Shown in pieces: positions 50,834 through 61,434 of a DNA stretch of 64,000 bases. The position numbers and the translations under genes are program-made. The DNA comes from Candidatus Heimdallarchaeota archaeon (GTDB lineage: Archaea; Asgardarchaeota; Heimdallarchaeia; JABLTI01). The stretch's first letter is position 1. Every line of letters begins with the position of its first letter. Below the pieces are notes generated by a model that made no database searches, was not told where the DNA came from, and saw nothing but the letters and a program-made list of their open reading frames with translations. The stretch is from positions 1 through 64,000 of the forward strand of contig JABCTZ010000019.1 in assembly GCA_018238155.1 (NCBI GenBank), in the 5' to 3' direction.

Positions 50834-51256
50834 GTGAAATATTTGGCAAAAATAGACCAAGAAATAAATGAAATTAAGAAATCAGTTGCAAAATTAGATG
50901 ATAAGATAGGTAAATTGCAATTCTTTCTTGTGCAGATAATGAATAAACTAAATGAAGCTGCTGAATCTTCTGATGGTGGCAGTGTTGCAGCTGCTACTCA
51001 GGGAGCTGTTACAGTTGATATAACTCCCCTTGAAGATAGATTGGAACAATTATCAAAAGTAATGGTATCAAAGGCAGATTTAGTTCCTATTCAACAAGAG
51101 TTGGTAAAAATTCGCGATGAACGCATGAAGGAAGCTGAAGAAACAATTGATAATGTTACTGTATTATTAGAAAAAGGTTTGTCGTTAACGGAACTTGCTG
51201 CATCTCTTAAAGAAATTGAATCTCATCTCCAAGAAATTGTTGCACCACCAAAATAA
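50834..51256 (+). CDS. Coiled-coil hypothetical protein
   Basis: 140-aa heptad-rich ORF directly after the F-family gene. Confidence 0.6.
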   Translation: MKYLAKIDQEINEIKKSVAKLDDKIGKLQFFLVQIMNKLNEAAESSDGGSVAAATQGAVTVDITPLEDRLEQLSKVMVSKADLVPIQQELVKIRDERMKEAEETIDNVTVLLEKGLSLTELAASLKEIESHLQEIVAPPK

Positions 51257-51258
51257 TT

Positions 51259-51296
51259 TACCGAGTGTATTACTTCTCGGTTTCTTCTTCTTTTTA
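51259..51296 (+). terminator. Hairpin plus pyrimidine tract
   Basis: accgag...ctcggt followed by ttcttcttctttttt. Confidence 0.4.
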
Positions 51297-51354
51297 GTAG
51301 ACTTTATTAACTATTGATTCTTCCTTTGGAATATAAAGAGTGAGCTGTTGATAA

Positions 51355-51630
51355 ATGAAAAGTGCAAGCCTAAGAGCAGAAAAGGGTGTTATAGAAGTAG
51401 AATTGGTTGTTGAAAAGAACACAATCATAGAACTAAAAATAACCGGTGATTTCTTCATTTACCCTGAGGAAGCTATTGAAGATATTGAACAAACAATAAT
51501 TGGTTGCTCTTCAAATGAAAAAGACATTAAAGCATGTTTAACTCAATTATATAAACAGAAATCGATTTCCACACCAGGAATCACAATAGATGATTGGGTT
51601 AAAGTGCTTATGATAGCAATTAACAAATAA
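51355..51630 (+). CDS. Lipoate-protein ligase small (C-terminal domain) subunit
   Basis: KG.IEV......I...KITGDFF.YPEE.I..IE. Confidence 0.8.
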   Translation: MKSASLRAEKGVIEVELVVEKNTIIELKITGDFFIYPEEAIEDIEQTIIGCSSNEKDIKACLTQLYKQKSISTPGITIDDWVKVLMIAINK

Positions 51631-51667
51631 TCTAACAAAAAAAAATAATTTATCTCGAGGGAATGAT

Positions 51668-51940
51668 TTGAAAGTAAAATTCATTTTCAAAGGTTCGGTG
51701 TTTGAACAGAAAGAACCGATAGAATTAGATTTAGTTGAAAATTCAACTATTCTTGAAGCTCTAAATCTTGTAAGTGAAAAAAAACCAAAATTACATTCTT
51801 TACTCTTTAAAGACGGACAACTACGAAGTGATATATTGGTAATTGTGGATAAAACTGATGTCCTTTCAATGGGTTTGTTAGACTTTCAGCTTTCAAATAA
51901 TCAAGAAATAGTTATTCTTCCTTTGGCTCACGGTGGATGA
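51668..51940 (+). CDS. MoaD/ThiS/SAMP ubiquitin-like protein
   Basis: Beta-grasp pattern, C-terminal LP..HGG. Confidence 0.85.
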   Translation: MKVKFIFKGSVFEQKEPIELDLVENSTILEALNLVSEKKPKLHSLLFKDGQLRSDILVIVDKTDVLSMGLLDFQLSNNQEIVILPLAHGG

Positions 51941-54045
51941 ATATCCACATAACAAAAAAAGTATCTGGATTTGACAACTTGCATCAAGTAGAAAAAATTG
52001 CTCTATTAATGGAGAATCAAAAAAATATTCGTAACGTTGTTTTAGTTGCTCATATCGACCACGGGAAAACAACACTATCTGATTCCCTATTAGCCTCTGG
52101 TGGTATTTTAGCTCCTTCAACAGCAGGTGAAGCTCGAGCACTTGATTTTCTCCCTGAAGAGCAAAGGCGTGGAATTACCATGAAAACAGCAAATATATCT
52201 TTAATTTTCAAGCAAGCAAATGAAGATTATTTAGTCAATCTCATTGATAGTCCTGGTCATGTTGATTTCTCCGGGAAGGTAGCTCGTGCGCTGCGCATTG
52301 CTGATGGTGCAATAGTGGTAATTGATGCAGTAGAACAAGTTATGGCTCAAACTGAAACCGTTATTCGTCAATGTATTGCTGAAGGAGTAAAACCAATTCT
52401 TTTTATCAATAAAATAGACCGGCTTATCAAAGAATTAAAATTATCTGCACAACAGATAGCCGAGAGAATTGAGATAATTTACAATAATTTCAATTCACTT
52501 GTGAGTAAATTTTCCAAGGAGAAAATTTTGCCAAAGTGGCGTAGTTCTACTAGAGATGGTAGTGTGGTCTTTGGCTCTGCTTTGCATCGTTGGGCTATTT
52601 CTTTACCAATTGTAAAGGAAACTGATATCACCTTTGAAAAAATAATTGACCTTTACAATAAAAAAGAAGAAACGATATTGCAAGAACTCTTGCCTATTGA
52701 GAAACCACTAATTGAAATGATTATTGATCATTTGCCAAATCCAATTGAAGCTCAAAAATACCGTATACAGAAGATTTGGCGTGGTGATTTAAGTTCAAAC
52801 GTTGGGAAAGCAATGGTGGGATGTAAAGCTTCCGGAGAGGAGGATATTCCTTTAGTATTCTGCACAACAAAAACGTTGCGAGATCAACATGCAGGTTCAC
52901 TAGTTCTAGGAAGAATATTCTCTGGTGTGTTAACTGAAAAAACTGAAGTATTTTTAGTTAATTCAAATACAAAAGTGAAAATTCAAAATGCTTATGTTTT
53001 TATGGGTTCTGATAAAAAAAGGATTAATAATATTCCTGCAGGAAACACTGTTGCAGTTTCTGGTTTAGGCACAGTTCACCCAGGAGAAACAATCGCCAAT
53101 ATTTCATCAAAAGAACTTGTACCATTTGAGGATATAGAATATCTAGCAAATCCTGTAGTTACTATTGCCTTAGAACCAAAAATGTTGAGAGATTTACCTG
53201 TTCTAAAAAGAGCTCTTGAACGTTTTGATCTTGAAGATCCAAATCTAATTGTCACGATAGATGAAAAATCAGGTGAAATTCTATTACTCGGATTAGGTGA
53301 ACTTCATCTCGAGACCGTTGTGACAGATTTGTCTGAAGAGATAGCTTGTACAGTCTCTCCACCAATTGTAATCATTGCTGAGAGAATCAAGGCTTCCAGC
53401 AAAAAAATCGTTTCTGAAATGTTTGGCTCAAAAGTAAGTTTGTATGTGCACCCTATTAACAAAACACAAAAAACAATGACTGAGGAAAAAGAACAGCAAA
53501 ATTCTGCCGATGAACAAATATTTGTGGAGAAGTTCAAGCAATATAATAACGAATTAATTATACCTCAAAAGTTGATTTCAAAATTATCTTCTGAAGCAAA
53601 AGCAAATATTATCACTGGAGTCAAAGATGCACTGCATACTGGTCCTATTTCTTCAAAACATGTGTTTGGTGTTCGAGTAATAATTCATGATTTTATCACA
53701 GAGAGCGGAGAAAAATATGAACACACAGTGCCATTGTTACGAAATGCTGTCTGGGAAGCATTAAGAGATGGTAAAATAACTCCTCAAGAACCAGTTTATA
53801 GAATACAAATTACTACTCCAACAACTTATCTTGGAAAAATTACCTCAATATTAGGGAAACGTAGAGGAAGTATTGTTGATGTACGCACTGATCAGGATTT
53901 ACTAATTATAACAGGTGATTTGCCTGTAGCTGAATCATTTCACATTGATCATGATTTAAGATCCGACACAGAAGGAAGAGCATTTTGGCAAATGACCTTT
54001 GATAGATACGAGCCGATACCAAAAAAAAACGTTGAAAATTTCTGA
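51937..54045 (+). CDS. Elongation factor 2 paralogue (aEF-2p-like) lacking the diphthamide motif
   Basis: AHIDHGKTT, RGIT, DSPGHVDF, NKID, G.GELHL; domain IV lacks the HRG loop. Confidence 0.85.
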   Translation: MNIHITKKVSGFDNLHQVEKIALLMENQKNIRNVVLVAHIDHGKTTLSDSLLASGGILAPSTAGEARALDFLPEEQRRGITMKTANISLIFKQANEDYLVNLIDSPGHVDFSGKVARALRIADGAIVVIDAVEQVMAQTETVIRQCIAEGVKPILFINKIDRLIKELKLSAQQIAERIEIIYNNFNSLVSKFSKEKILPKWRSSTRDGSVVFGSALHRWAISLPIVKETDITFEKIIDLYNKKEETILQELLPIEKPLIEMIIDHLPNPIEAQKYRIQKIWRGDLSSNVGKAMVGCKASGEEDIPLVFCTTKTLRDQHAGSLVLGRIFSGVLTEKTEVFLVNSNTKVKIQNAYVFMGSDKKRINNIPAGNTVAVSGLGTVHPGETIANISSKELVPFEDIEYLANPVVTIALEPKMLRDLPVLKRALERFDLEDPNLIVTIDEKSGEILLLGLGELHLETVVTDLSEEIACTVSPPIVIIAERIKASSKKIVSEMFGSKVSLYVHPINKTQKTMTEEKEQQNSADEQIFVEKFKQYNNELIIPQKLISKLSSEAKANIITGVKDALHTGPISSKHVFGVRVIIHDFITESGEKYEHTVPLLRNAVWEALRDGKITPQEPVYRIQITTPTTYLGKITSILGKRRGSIVDVRTDQDLLIITGDLPVAESFHIDHDLRSDTEGRAFWQMTFDRYEPIPKKNVENF

Positions 54046-54143
54046 ACAATAAATCATTAACTAATAATTGACTATCTTTTTAAATCGAATTCAAACAAGT
54101 TAAATTAGAATCGAAAATTATTTTCTGTATCATTTGAACTTAG

Positions 54144-54800
54144 GTGAACAATAAGGTGCAAAATGAAGATGATTTAGGAAAAACAGTGGATCTTGAGGAT
54201 AATTTAGCTCGTATGATTCTAATAGAACAAGCTGTTGATGCTGCATATGAAATTAAAGACAAAGTAGCAAGAAGTTATGCTTTCTGTGATTGTATTATTG
54301 GAATTATTGAATATGCTCGAGAGATAAACAAAGAAGATACCTTAGAAAAAATACCTGCTCTTTTTACTGAAATAACTAATAAAGGTGCATATGTTCGAGC
54401 ACAGAGTTTCTATGCAATTGCTTTAGCTTCTTTCGGACATGAAGATGAGGCAGAAAATGTTCTCTTGGAATCAATCAAAAATTCTATCAAAATAAAAGAC
54501 GACTTTGATAGAAGAGATGCAATACTTGATATCACGACGGCTGCTGGCGATATGTCATTTCTCTTAGATAAAAACGAATTAATAACTACAGCATTGAATC
54601 TCGCTGAGAATTTAACTAAGGCGCAAATGGCCTATCTTTATGGGTATTTGTCTGTAATTCTATCTGGTGAAGAAAGCACTTCATTAATTAGTAAAGCCGT
54701 GGATATTGCAAATAGTATCCGTGATCCAATAGCTAGATCTAAAGTTTATTTGGAATTGTCAAGTCTCTCAACAAATCTTGACAGAACATTTGAAGAGTAG
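54144..54800 (+). CDS. Alpha-helical repeat hypothetical protein
   Basis: A..I.D...R repeats. Confidence 0.6.
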   Translation: MNNKVQNEDDLGKTVDLEDNLARMILIEQAVDAAYEIKDKVARSYAFCDCIIGIIEYAREINKEDTLEKIPALFTEITNKGAYVRAQSFYAIALASFGHEDEAENVLLESIKNSIKIKDDFDRRDAILDITTAAGDMSFLLDKNELITTALNLAENLTKAQMAYLYGYLSVILSGEESTSLISKAVDIANSIRDPIARSKVYLELSSLSTNLDRTFEE

Positions 54801-54807
54801 AACAATA

Positions 54808-55560
54808 TCAAAATCGTACTATTCTTCTTCCTGTTTTTGGAGTAAAAGCTATCGCGAAGGCATTTCGAATATCATAGAAATCAATCGGTTTAATTTTTGG
54901 AATAGTTTTATGTTTTCTAAGTGCTTCTAAGATTTCCTCTTCAGTTCGCACACCATTAGTATCAACCAATGTATAACAAGTACCAATAGCTTTAGCAAAA
55001 TGAGCATCAGACCCTCCCACTCTGCCAAAACTTTTATGTCGAAAAGAAACTTCAGCCATATAGTTGGGAAAATTGAAAAAGATTTTTGCAAATCCATTAT
55101 AGAACTCCATAGCATCAGCTTTAACAATGTAGGATTTCCATCCAATACTATTATGTGACATTAATGGATGAGGTATAATAGATACTCCTCCTAAATCGCG
55201 TATTATTTCGACTGTTTCTTCTGCGGAGCGGTCTCTTGGGATCTCTTGGTTAATTCCATATGCAACTAAATGACCATCAGCAGTATCAATTTCTACGCCT
55301 GCAAAGTAAACTTTCTTCTTATCTTTCTCTCTAAATTTATCAACAATTTTTTTAGCAAATCGAAAATCATTATGTGTAAGAATACCGACTCCATCTATGC
55401 TTCGAGCACGTAAAACATTTGGTATTTCCCAATATTTAACTCGTTCATCAACATGGACGTGAAAATCAATTGAGAGGTTAACATTTTCATGTTTGGTCAT
55501 AGTAGATATTACTTTGATAATTGCCTTTTGAAACTTTTTACACAAACCGACAATTCTCAA
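54808..55560 (-). CDS. PHP-domain metallophosphoesterase
   Basis: DFHVH, HN, GVEI, GH, HP, GGSDAH; the start is probably MTKH. Confidence 0.85.
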   Translation of the reverse strand: MRIVGLCKKFQKAIIKVISTMTKHENVNLSIDFHVHVDERVKYWEIPNVLRARSIDGVGILTHNDFRFAKKIVDKFREKDKKKVYFAGVEIDTADGHLVAYGINQEIPRDRSAEETVEIIRDLGGVSIIPHPLMSHNSIGWKSYIVKADAMEFYNGFAKIFFNFPNYMAEVSFRHKSFGRVGGSDAHFAKAIGTCYTLVDTNGVRTEEEILEALRKHKTIPKIKPIDFYDIRNAFAIAFTPKTGRRIVRF

Positions 55561-55628
55561 ATAGTAGGGAAACGCTTTTCAGTAAACAAGTTCTCTGTTG
55601 TACTATCAGTTTAATGAGTGTAATAAAA

Positions 55629-55829
55629 ATGGTCATTAAAGTCGTAGAAATAATTGGCTCTTCCGATAAAAGTTGGGAAGATGCTGCAAGAAATGCTGTT
55701 GAAGATGCCTCTAAATCTCTTCGTGGGGTTACAGGTGTAGATGTTGTTAATTTTACTGCTACTGTGAAAAATGGTAAAATTGTGAAATACAAAGCTTGCT
55801 GTAAACTAGCTTTTTCAGTTGAAGACTAG
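55629..55829 (+). CDS. Dodecin (flavin-binding)
   Basis: KVVEIIGSS..SWEDAA.NAV..ASK.LR. Confidence 0.9.
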   Translation: MVIKVVEIIGSSDKSWEDAARNAVEDASKSLRGVTGVDVVNFTATVKNGKIVKYKACCKLAFSVED

Positions 55830-55862
55830 TTAGCTAGTTAGATTAAAGTACAGAAAGTCTTG

Positions 55863-55895
55863 AAGGGATAAATCCCTTCTTGTCTATTTTTTCCA
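55863..55895 (+). terminator. Hairpin plus T tract after dodecin
   Basis: gaaggga-taaa-tcccttc followed by a T-rich run. Confidence 0.5.
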
Positions 55896-55979
55896 AAATA
55901 TTTGGAAATACTTTAAGTTATCTCTCTACTGATAATTTTAAAGCAGGTAATAAACAGAAAATTTGGATGCAATTTTATT

Positions 55980-57950
55980 ATGAGTAAATTTGTTTTAGCT
56001 GAGGGTCTCATACCAATGGGTGATCAACCAAGAGCTATAAAGGCTCTCGTTGATGGATTAAATAAGGGATTACGATACCAAATTTTAGAAGGTGTAACAG
56101 GTTCTGGAAAAACCTTCTCAGTTGCAAATATTATAGAACAGATTCAGAAACCGACTCTCGTTCTCTCTCCAAACAAGACATTAGCTGCACAATTATGCTC
56201 AGATTTCAGACGTTATTTCCCTGATAATGCAGTTGAGTATTTTGTGTCTTACTATGATTATTATCAACCTGAAGCATATGTTCCAAGATCAGATTCTTAC
56301 ATTGCAAAAGAGACTTCGATAAACGAAGAAATCGAAAAAATGAGACATTCAACTACTCATTCCCTTGCCACACGGAATGATGTTATTGTTGTTGCAAGTG
56401 TGTCAGCAATTTACGGTTTAGGCGCACCACGATCGTACAGAACAAAGCTTTCACTTGTGAAGGGAATGAAAATAAAGCGTCAAGAATTTCTCCGAAGACT
56501 TGTTGTTCTTCAATTTGAACGAAATGATTTTGAAATCAAACGAGGTACTTTTCGAGCTAAAGGCGATACCATCGAAATTTTTCCACCACACTCAGATAAG
56601 AGCACTATCCGAATAGAGATGTTTGGTGATGAAATTGAAAAAATAACTGAAAATGAGTTTCCTACAGGCAATAAAATTCAAGAAATCGAATCCTATGAAG
56701 TATATCCTGCTTCTCATTTTATGACAGAAGATGAATCACTAGAAAAACATGCAGTAAGAATTGAAGAAGAGCTTGAAAAACGCATCAAATACTTTAAAGA
56801 AAATGATCTCCTTCTTGAGGCTCAAAGGATAGAAGAAAGAACAAGATATGATATTGAGATGCTTCGATCTGTTGGGTACTGCTCTGGAATCGAAAATTAC
56901 TCGATGTATTTTGACGGAAGAAAAGTGGGGGAAAGACCCTTTGTATTACTAGATCATTTTCCTGATGATTTTTTAATGGTAATCGATGAATCTCATATAA
57001 CTATACCTCAAACCAATGGAATGTACGGTGGAGATCGTTCCCGGAAAAAAACATTAATTGAATATGGTTTTCGTCTTCCAACTGCTCTGGAGAATCGCCC
57101 TCTCAAATTTAATGAATTTGAATCTTTCATGCGTAAAACTATTTTTACATCTGCAACACCAGGTCCGTTTGAACTAGAACACGCCGAATTAGTAGCAGAA
57201 CAAATTATTCGTCCAACGGGATTAGTAGATCCCGAAATAATAATTAAACCAATTGAACATCAAATAGATGTGGTGCTTGATCAGATCAAATTAAGAACAG
57301 CAAAAAATGAACGAACATTAGTGACTACATTAACTAAAAGAATGGCTGAAGAATTATCAGAGTATCTTATTGAGAAAGGTATTAAAGCCCATTATATTCA
57401 TTCTGAAGTTCACACAATTGATAGAGTAGCAATTTTACGTGACCTCAGAAAGGGAAAATATGATGTACTTGTGGGAATAAATTTACTAAGAGAAGGACTT
57501 GATTTACCTGAAGTATCGTTAGTGATGATTTTAGATGCTGATAAAGAAGGCTTTCTCCGTTCCGTTCGTTCCCTTACACAGATAATTGGTCGTGCATCAA
57601 GGAATATTAATGGAAGGGTAATTCTTTTCGCTGACAAGATGACCAATTCAATAAAACGCACAGTTGAAGGTAATAATCGTAGAAGGCGTATTCAAATTGC
57701 TTACAATAGAAAACACAATATTACTCCTAAAACAATTCAAAAATCACTAGAAAATATTACTGATAGTTTATTGAAAATTGAAACGATTTCAGCAAAGAAA
57801 GTTAAAGAATTGGCTCAAATGGAGGAGAGTGATCTTGTTTTGGTCCTTATGGAATTGAAAGAACAAATGAGAGATGCAGCTCAAAAACTTGAATTTGAAA
57901 AAGCAGCAGAACTTCGTGATTTAATACGTGAAATTGAGGGCAATAATTAG
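55980..57950 (+). CDS. uvrB: Excinuclease ABC subunit B
   Basis: GVTGSGKT, YYDYYQPEAY, DESH, GINLLREGLD, UVR tail. Confidence 0.97.
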   Translation: MSKFVLAEGLIPMGDQPRAIKALVDGLNKGLRYQILEGVTGSGKTFSVANIIEQIQKPTLVLSPNKTLAAQLCSDFRRYFPDNAVEYFVSYYDYYQPEAYVPRSDSYIAKETSINEEIEKMRHSTTHSLATRNDVIVVASVSAIYGLGAPRSYRTKLSLVKGMKIKRQEFLRRLVVLQFERNDFEIKRGTFRAKGDTIEIFPPHSDKSTIRIEMFGDEIEKITENEFPTGNKIQEIESYEVYPASHFMTEDESLEKHAVRIEEELEKRIKYFKENDLLLEAQRIEERTRYDIEMLRSVGYCSGIENYSMYFDGRKVGERPFVLLDHFPDDFLMVIDESHITIPQTNGMYGGDRSRKKTLIEYGFRLPTALENRPLKFNEFESFMRKTIFTSATPGPFELEHAELVAEQIIRPTGLVDPEIIIKPIEHQIDVVLDQIKLRTAKNERTLVTTLTKRMAEELSEYLIEKGIKAHYIHSEVHTIDRVAILRDLRKGKYDVLVGINLLREGLDLPEVSLVMILDADKEGFLRSVRSLTQIIGRASRNINGRVILFADKMTNSIKRTVEGNNRRRRIQIAYNRKHNITPKTIQKSLENITDSLLKIETISAKKVKELAQMEESDLVLVLMELKEQMRDAAQKLEFEKAAELRDLIREIEGNN

Positions 57951-58049
57951 TTAAAAATCAATTAGTTGACCAATTGTTTAAAAAGTGATTTTTCTCAGTT
58001 AATATATTAACCTGTGATACTTCTACAGAATTTGTGATGTGACTAAAAG

Positions 58050-58631
58050 ATGAACGAAACTCTTGATAATGAAAAACTAACAAACAAGAAAAAGCAAAAT
58101 TCTTCTGCAATAATAGCAAAATTCCAAGAGGGTTCGATTCTCGTAGAAGATCATCAAGATGCACGCATAATTTATGATAATGGATTCTATGGATTGCTAA
58201 ACAAAGATAAAACTCTTACTCTAAATTTTGAAGAAGCTCTTCATCTCTTTGAGCGTGGAGTAATTTGTATATCAAACGAATCAGGAATTGCTTTAAGTAT
58301 AAGTGATTGTTCAACAATATTTTCTAAAAGAGAGAAAGGGTTCTGGAGCGATTACCTTGTCTATAAAGACCTAAGAAATAGAGGATATATTATAAATCGT
58401 GGAATTAGTAATTTGGTGAAATATCGATTATATCCTCGTGGTGCAAAGATTGGAAAAACACCTTCAAAAACAATGATTTGTCCACTCGCTGAAGGACAAA
58501 CGATAAATCTCGAAGAGCTTGATAAGATTGTTGTACAAATTCAGAGCATTAAAAAAGAGCTACTAATTGCTTGTGTGGATCGTTTAGGTGATGTTTCCTA
58601 TTACGAGTTACAAGCGTTATTCACATCCTAG
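58050..58631 (+). CDS. endA: tRNA-intron endonuclease subunit
   Basis: L...EAL.L.E.G, YLVYKDLR.RGY, RLY..G, V.YY. Confidence 0.8.
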   Translation: MNETLDNEKLTNKKKQNSSAIIAKFQEGSILVEDHQDARIIYDNGFYGLLNKDKTLTLNFEEALHLFERGVICISNESGIALSISDCSTIFSKREKGFWSDYLVYKDLRNRGYIINRGISNLVKYRLYPRGAKIGKTPSKTMICPLAEGQTINLEELDKIVVQIQSIKKELLIACVDRLGDVSYYELQALFTS

Positions 58632-59364
58632 TATTAAAATTAACGAGATGAATTATATGCCTACCCAAAAACAAGACGAAAAATTGCTAATGAAACAAAG
58701 ATCTGCAAAAAAAGCACTTGAATATGTAAAGGAAAAAATGATTCTTGGAGTTGGAAGTGGTTCAACTGTTAGAGAATTTATTAAATTGCTTAAAAAAGCT
58801 GATATTAATCTTAGTGAAATAATTTGCATTCCAAGTTCATTTGATACAGAAGCAATGTTAATTGAACAAGGTTGTCATGTTGGGTCATTGAATCAATACC
58901 CTAAAATCGATTTAACAATCGATGGGGCAGATCGAGTTGATAGGGATTTAAATATAATTAAAGGTGGAGGTGGAGCAATGCTACAAGAAAAAATCATTGC
59001 CGGAGCTGCACGTGAAGTAATTATTATTGTAGATGCTTCAAAAATAGTTCCAACATTGGGCGATAGCTTTCCAGTACCTGTTGAAGTAATACCATTAGCA
59101 AAAGAATTTGTGAAAAGAGAATTGGAAGCTTTGGGTGGTAAAGCATCACTAAGAAAATCTTCAGATAAACTTGGACCAACGATTACTGATAATGGAAATA
59201 TAATTCTTGACACTGATTTCAAAGAAATTGCTAATCCCGAGCAATTGGAAAAACAATTGAATAATATTCCTGGTGTTATGGAAAATGGTCTTTTTCCAAA
59301 AGGATTGATTTCTCGAGTAATTATTGCTGAGAAAAATGAAATAAAATTATTAGAGAAGGAATAA
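58588..59364 (+). CDS. rpiA: Ribose-5-phosphate isomerase A
   Basis: GVGSGST, DGAD, IKGGG, EK, TDNGN, PGV.E.GLF; the true start is likely downstream (MPTQ). Confidence 0.95.
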   Translation: MMFPITSYKRYSHPSIKINEMNYMPTQKQDEKLLMKQRSAKKALEYVKEKMILGVGSGSTVREFIKLLKKADINLSEIICIPSSFDTEAMLIEQGCHVGSLNQYPKIDLTIDGADRVDRDLNIIKGGGGAMLQEKIIAGAAREVIIIVDASKIVPTLGDSFPVPVEVIPLAKEFVKRELEALGGKASLRKSSDKLGPTITDNGNIILDTDFKEIANPEQLEKQLNNIPGVMENGLFPKGLISRVIIAEKNEIKLLEKE

Positions 59365-59377
59365 CTTTCTCTAACAA

Positions 59378-61228
59378 TTATTTTAATTTGGCAAAAATCA
59401 TTTCGCCTTTATTAATAATTTTGATTATTTCTTTTGCAATAGAGGTTGAACGATCAATCTTTATTTCTCCTTTCTTACCAATCGAACCTGAAAAGATACT
59501 TCTATTTTCTGTAACTACTTCAATATTAGTTCCCTGTTGGTGTTCTGGAAAGCTTAAAATGATATAACTTTTAGTAAGGCGAACATCAATTGGAGTTTTT
59601 CCATTTTTCGTTTCAATCTCTTTGGATTCCTTAATATCTTCATTGCTTGAAGAAATTGGTTTCACATCAATACGCATGCCAATTTTGTTCTCGAGTTCGT
59701 TGATTGTTTTACCTTTACGCCCAATAATACGTGGAATATCCTCTGAATATACTTCAAGGCGAATCGAATTTCGACCGATTTTTGTAATAATTAATCGATC
59801 AACGTTTATTGCTTTTCGAATTGTTTTTTCAATACTTTTCTGTTCACTCTTCTTTAATGGTGGAAGGTTTGCAGTACCAACTTTATCAACAGGTATCACA
59901 GATACTTGTTCACCAAAAACAAATATATCATATCGTAATCGATGTGTTTCAAAATCACTGACTTCAATTACTGGTCGTGCAAGATCACGCTCTTGCATAC
60001 CTGAGGGAACTTTTACAGTCATTCGAAGCTCAACAACATCGGCAATTTTACCATCCTTGACATAGATGACAGTATCTAATATACTAGGAATTAATCCAAG
60101 GTCAATTCTACCAATAAATCTTTGAATTGCTTCTATTGCAGTCGTAGAATGTATGACTCCAACTAAACCAATGCCTGCAAGACGCATATCTCCAAAAGCT
60201 TCAAAATCAGCCGTTTTTCTTAGCTCATCAAAGATAACAAAATCTGGTCTAATGAGCAACATAATATCTGCTGTTTTTCTGAAATCACCACCTAATGCAG
60301 TATACTGAGATACTTCAGGACCAACTTGAAGATCTCGCGGCTTTTCCACCGTTTTTACAGTTTTATTCTGAGAAGCAAAAAAGTCTGCTACAGCTTGTGC
60401 AAAGGTTGACTTTCCTGCTCCCGGAGAGCCGGCAATTAATACTCCTTCTGCACCTTCTCGTAATCTGTTGAGGAGGCTTTCAGTTAAATGATAATCATCT
60501 AGTGAGAGTCTAACAATGGGTTTAACAGCTGTTATCTCGAGAGCATCTGAAAATGGAGGTCTTGCAATAACAACTCTCATCGCATCAAGTTGGATAACTT
60601 GTACACCAGGTTCATCCATTTCAATAAAACAATTGGGAGTTGTACGAGCAATAGAAACAATATCAGTTATTACTTCATTTATTTCTTCATGTGTGGAAAT
60701 ATTTTCACCAATTTTTACTAATTCCCAATCTCCAGGCTTTCCCTTTTTTGCTTGCGGATGAACTTTTTCTCGTAAATGAATTGACATTGTCGTATCATCA
60801 AAATAATCAAAAATACGTTTAAGTGGTTTTTTTCTAGGTGGACTTTTTATATATTCAACATCAATGCCTTCAACTTCACACATTGAGACTAATACTTTAT
60901 CACTTGTATAAAGAACTGCATTATGTTCTCGTGCAACATCACGTATTTTTGAATCAAGTTCACCAGAAGAAGCAAGTTTGATTTCATCGAGGTTTGGACG
61001 TGCACCTGCTAATGTAACTGAAATACCAAGATGGTTGCATTCAAATCTAAGGTTCTTTAATTCCTCTAATCCCTCAAATCCTTTCGAACGACGATTATTT
61101 GCCATGTTCTCTATTTCACTAATAACAATTCGGGGGAGAATAATTTCCTCAATTTCGTCTTTTAATTGAAGGATTTCTGCTACAATAAATCTGGATACAA
61201 TGACACTAGTATCTGGAACAATTTTCAA
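59378..61228 (-). CDS. PIN-domain ATPase with KH domain (PINA/MJ1533-like)
   Basis: VPDTS PIN motif, GSPGAGKST, DE.R, KH motif IIGRKG. Confidence 0.9.
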   Translation of the reverse strand: MKIVPDTSVIVSRFIVAEILQLKDEIEEIILPRIVISEIENMANNRRSKGFEGLEELKNLRFECNHLGISVTLAGARPNLDEIKLASSGELDSKIRDVAREHNAVLYTSDKVLVSMCEVEGIDVEYIKSPPRKKPLKRIFDYFDDTTMSIHLREKVHPQAKKGKPGDWELVKIGENISTHEEINEVITDIVSIARTTPNCFIEMDEPGVQVIQLDAMRVVIARPPFSDALEITAVKPIVRLSLDDYHLTESLLNRLREGAEGVLIAGSPGAGKSTFAQAVADFFASQNKTVKTVEKPRDLQVGPEVSQYTALGGDFRKTADIMLLIRPDFVIFDELRKTADFEAFGDMRLAGIGLVGVIHSTTAIEAIQRFIGRIDLGLIPSILDTVIYVKDGKIADVVELRMTVKVPSGMQERDLARPVIEVSDFETHRLRYDIFVFGEQVSVIPVDKVGTANLPPLKKSEQKSIEKTIRKAINVDRLIITKIGRNSIRLEVYSEDIPRIIGRKGKTINELENKIGMRIDVKPISSSNEDIKESKEIETKNGKTPIDVRLTKSYIILSFPEHQQGTNIEVVTENRSIFSGSIGKKGEIKIDRSTSIAKEIIKIINKGEMIFAKLK

Positions 61229-61434
61229 TGGTCTAACACTCCAAAGAATCTAATCGCTATTTACAAAATAATTTGTAATACCAATTAGTAAACATCTGGT
61301 TCTTATGGTGAAAAGCAAAGATTATTGTTCTTTAATACTTTCGTATGTAGAGCTATTTTTAAAATGAAATAAAACGGTTAATTTCGAAATAAACGAATGA
61401 TTTTTGATGGTAAATTGATAATAATTATTTAAAG

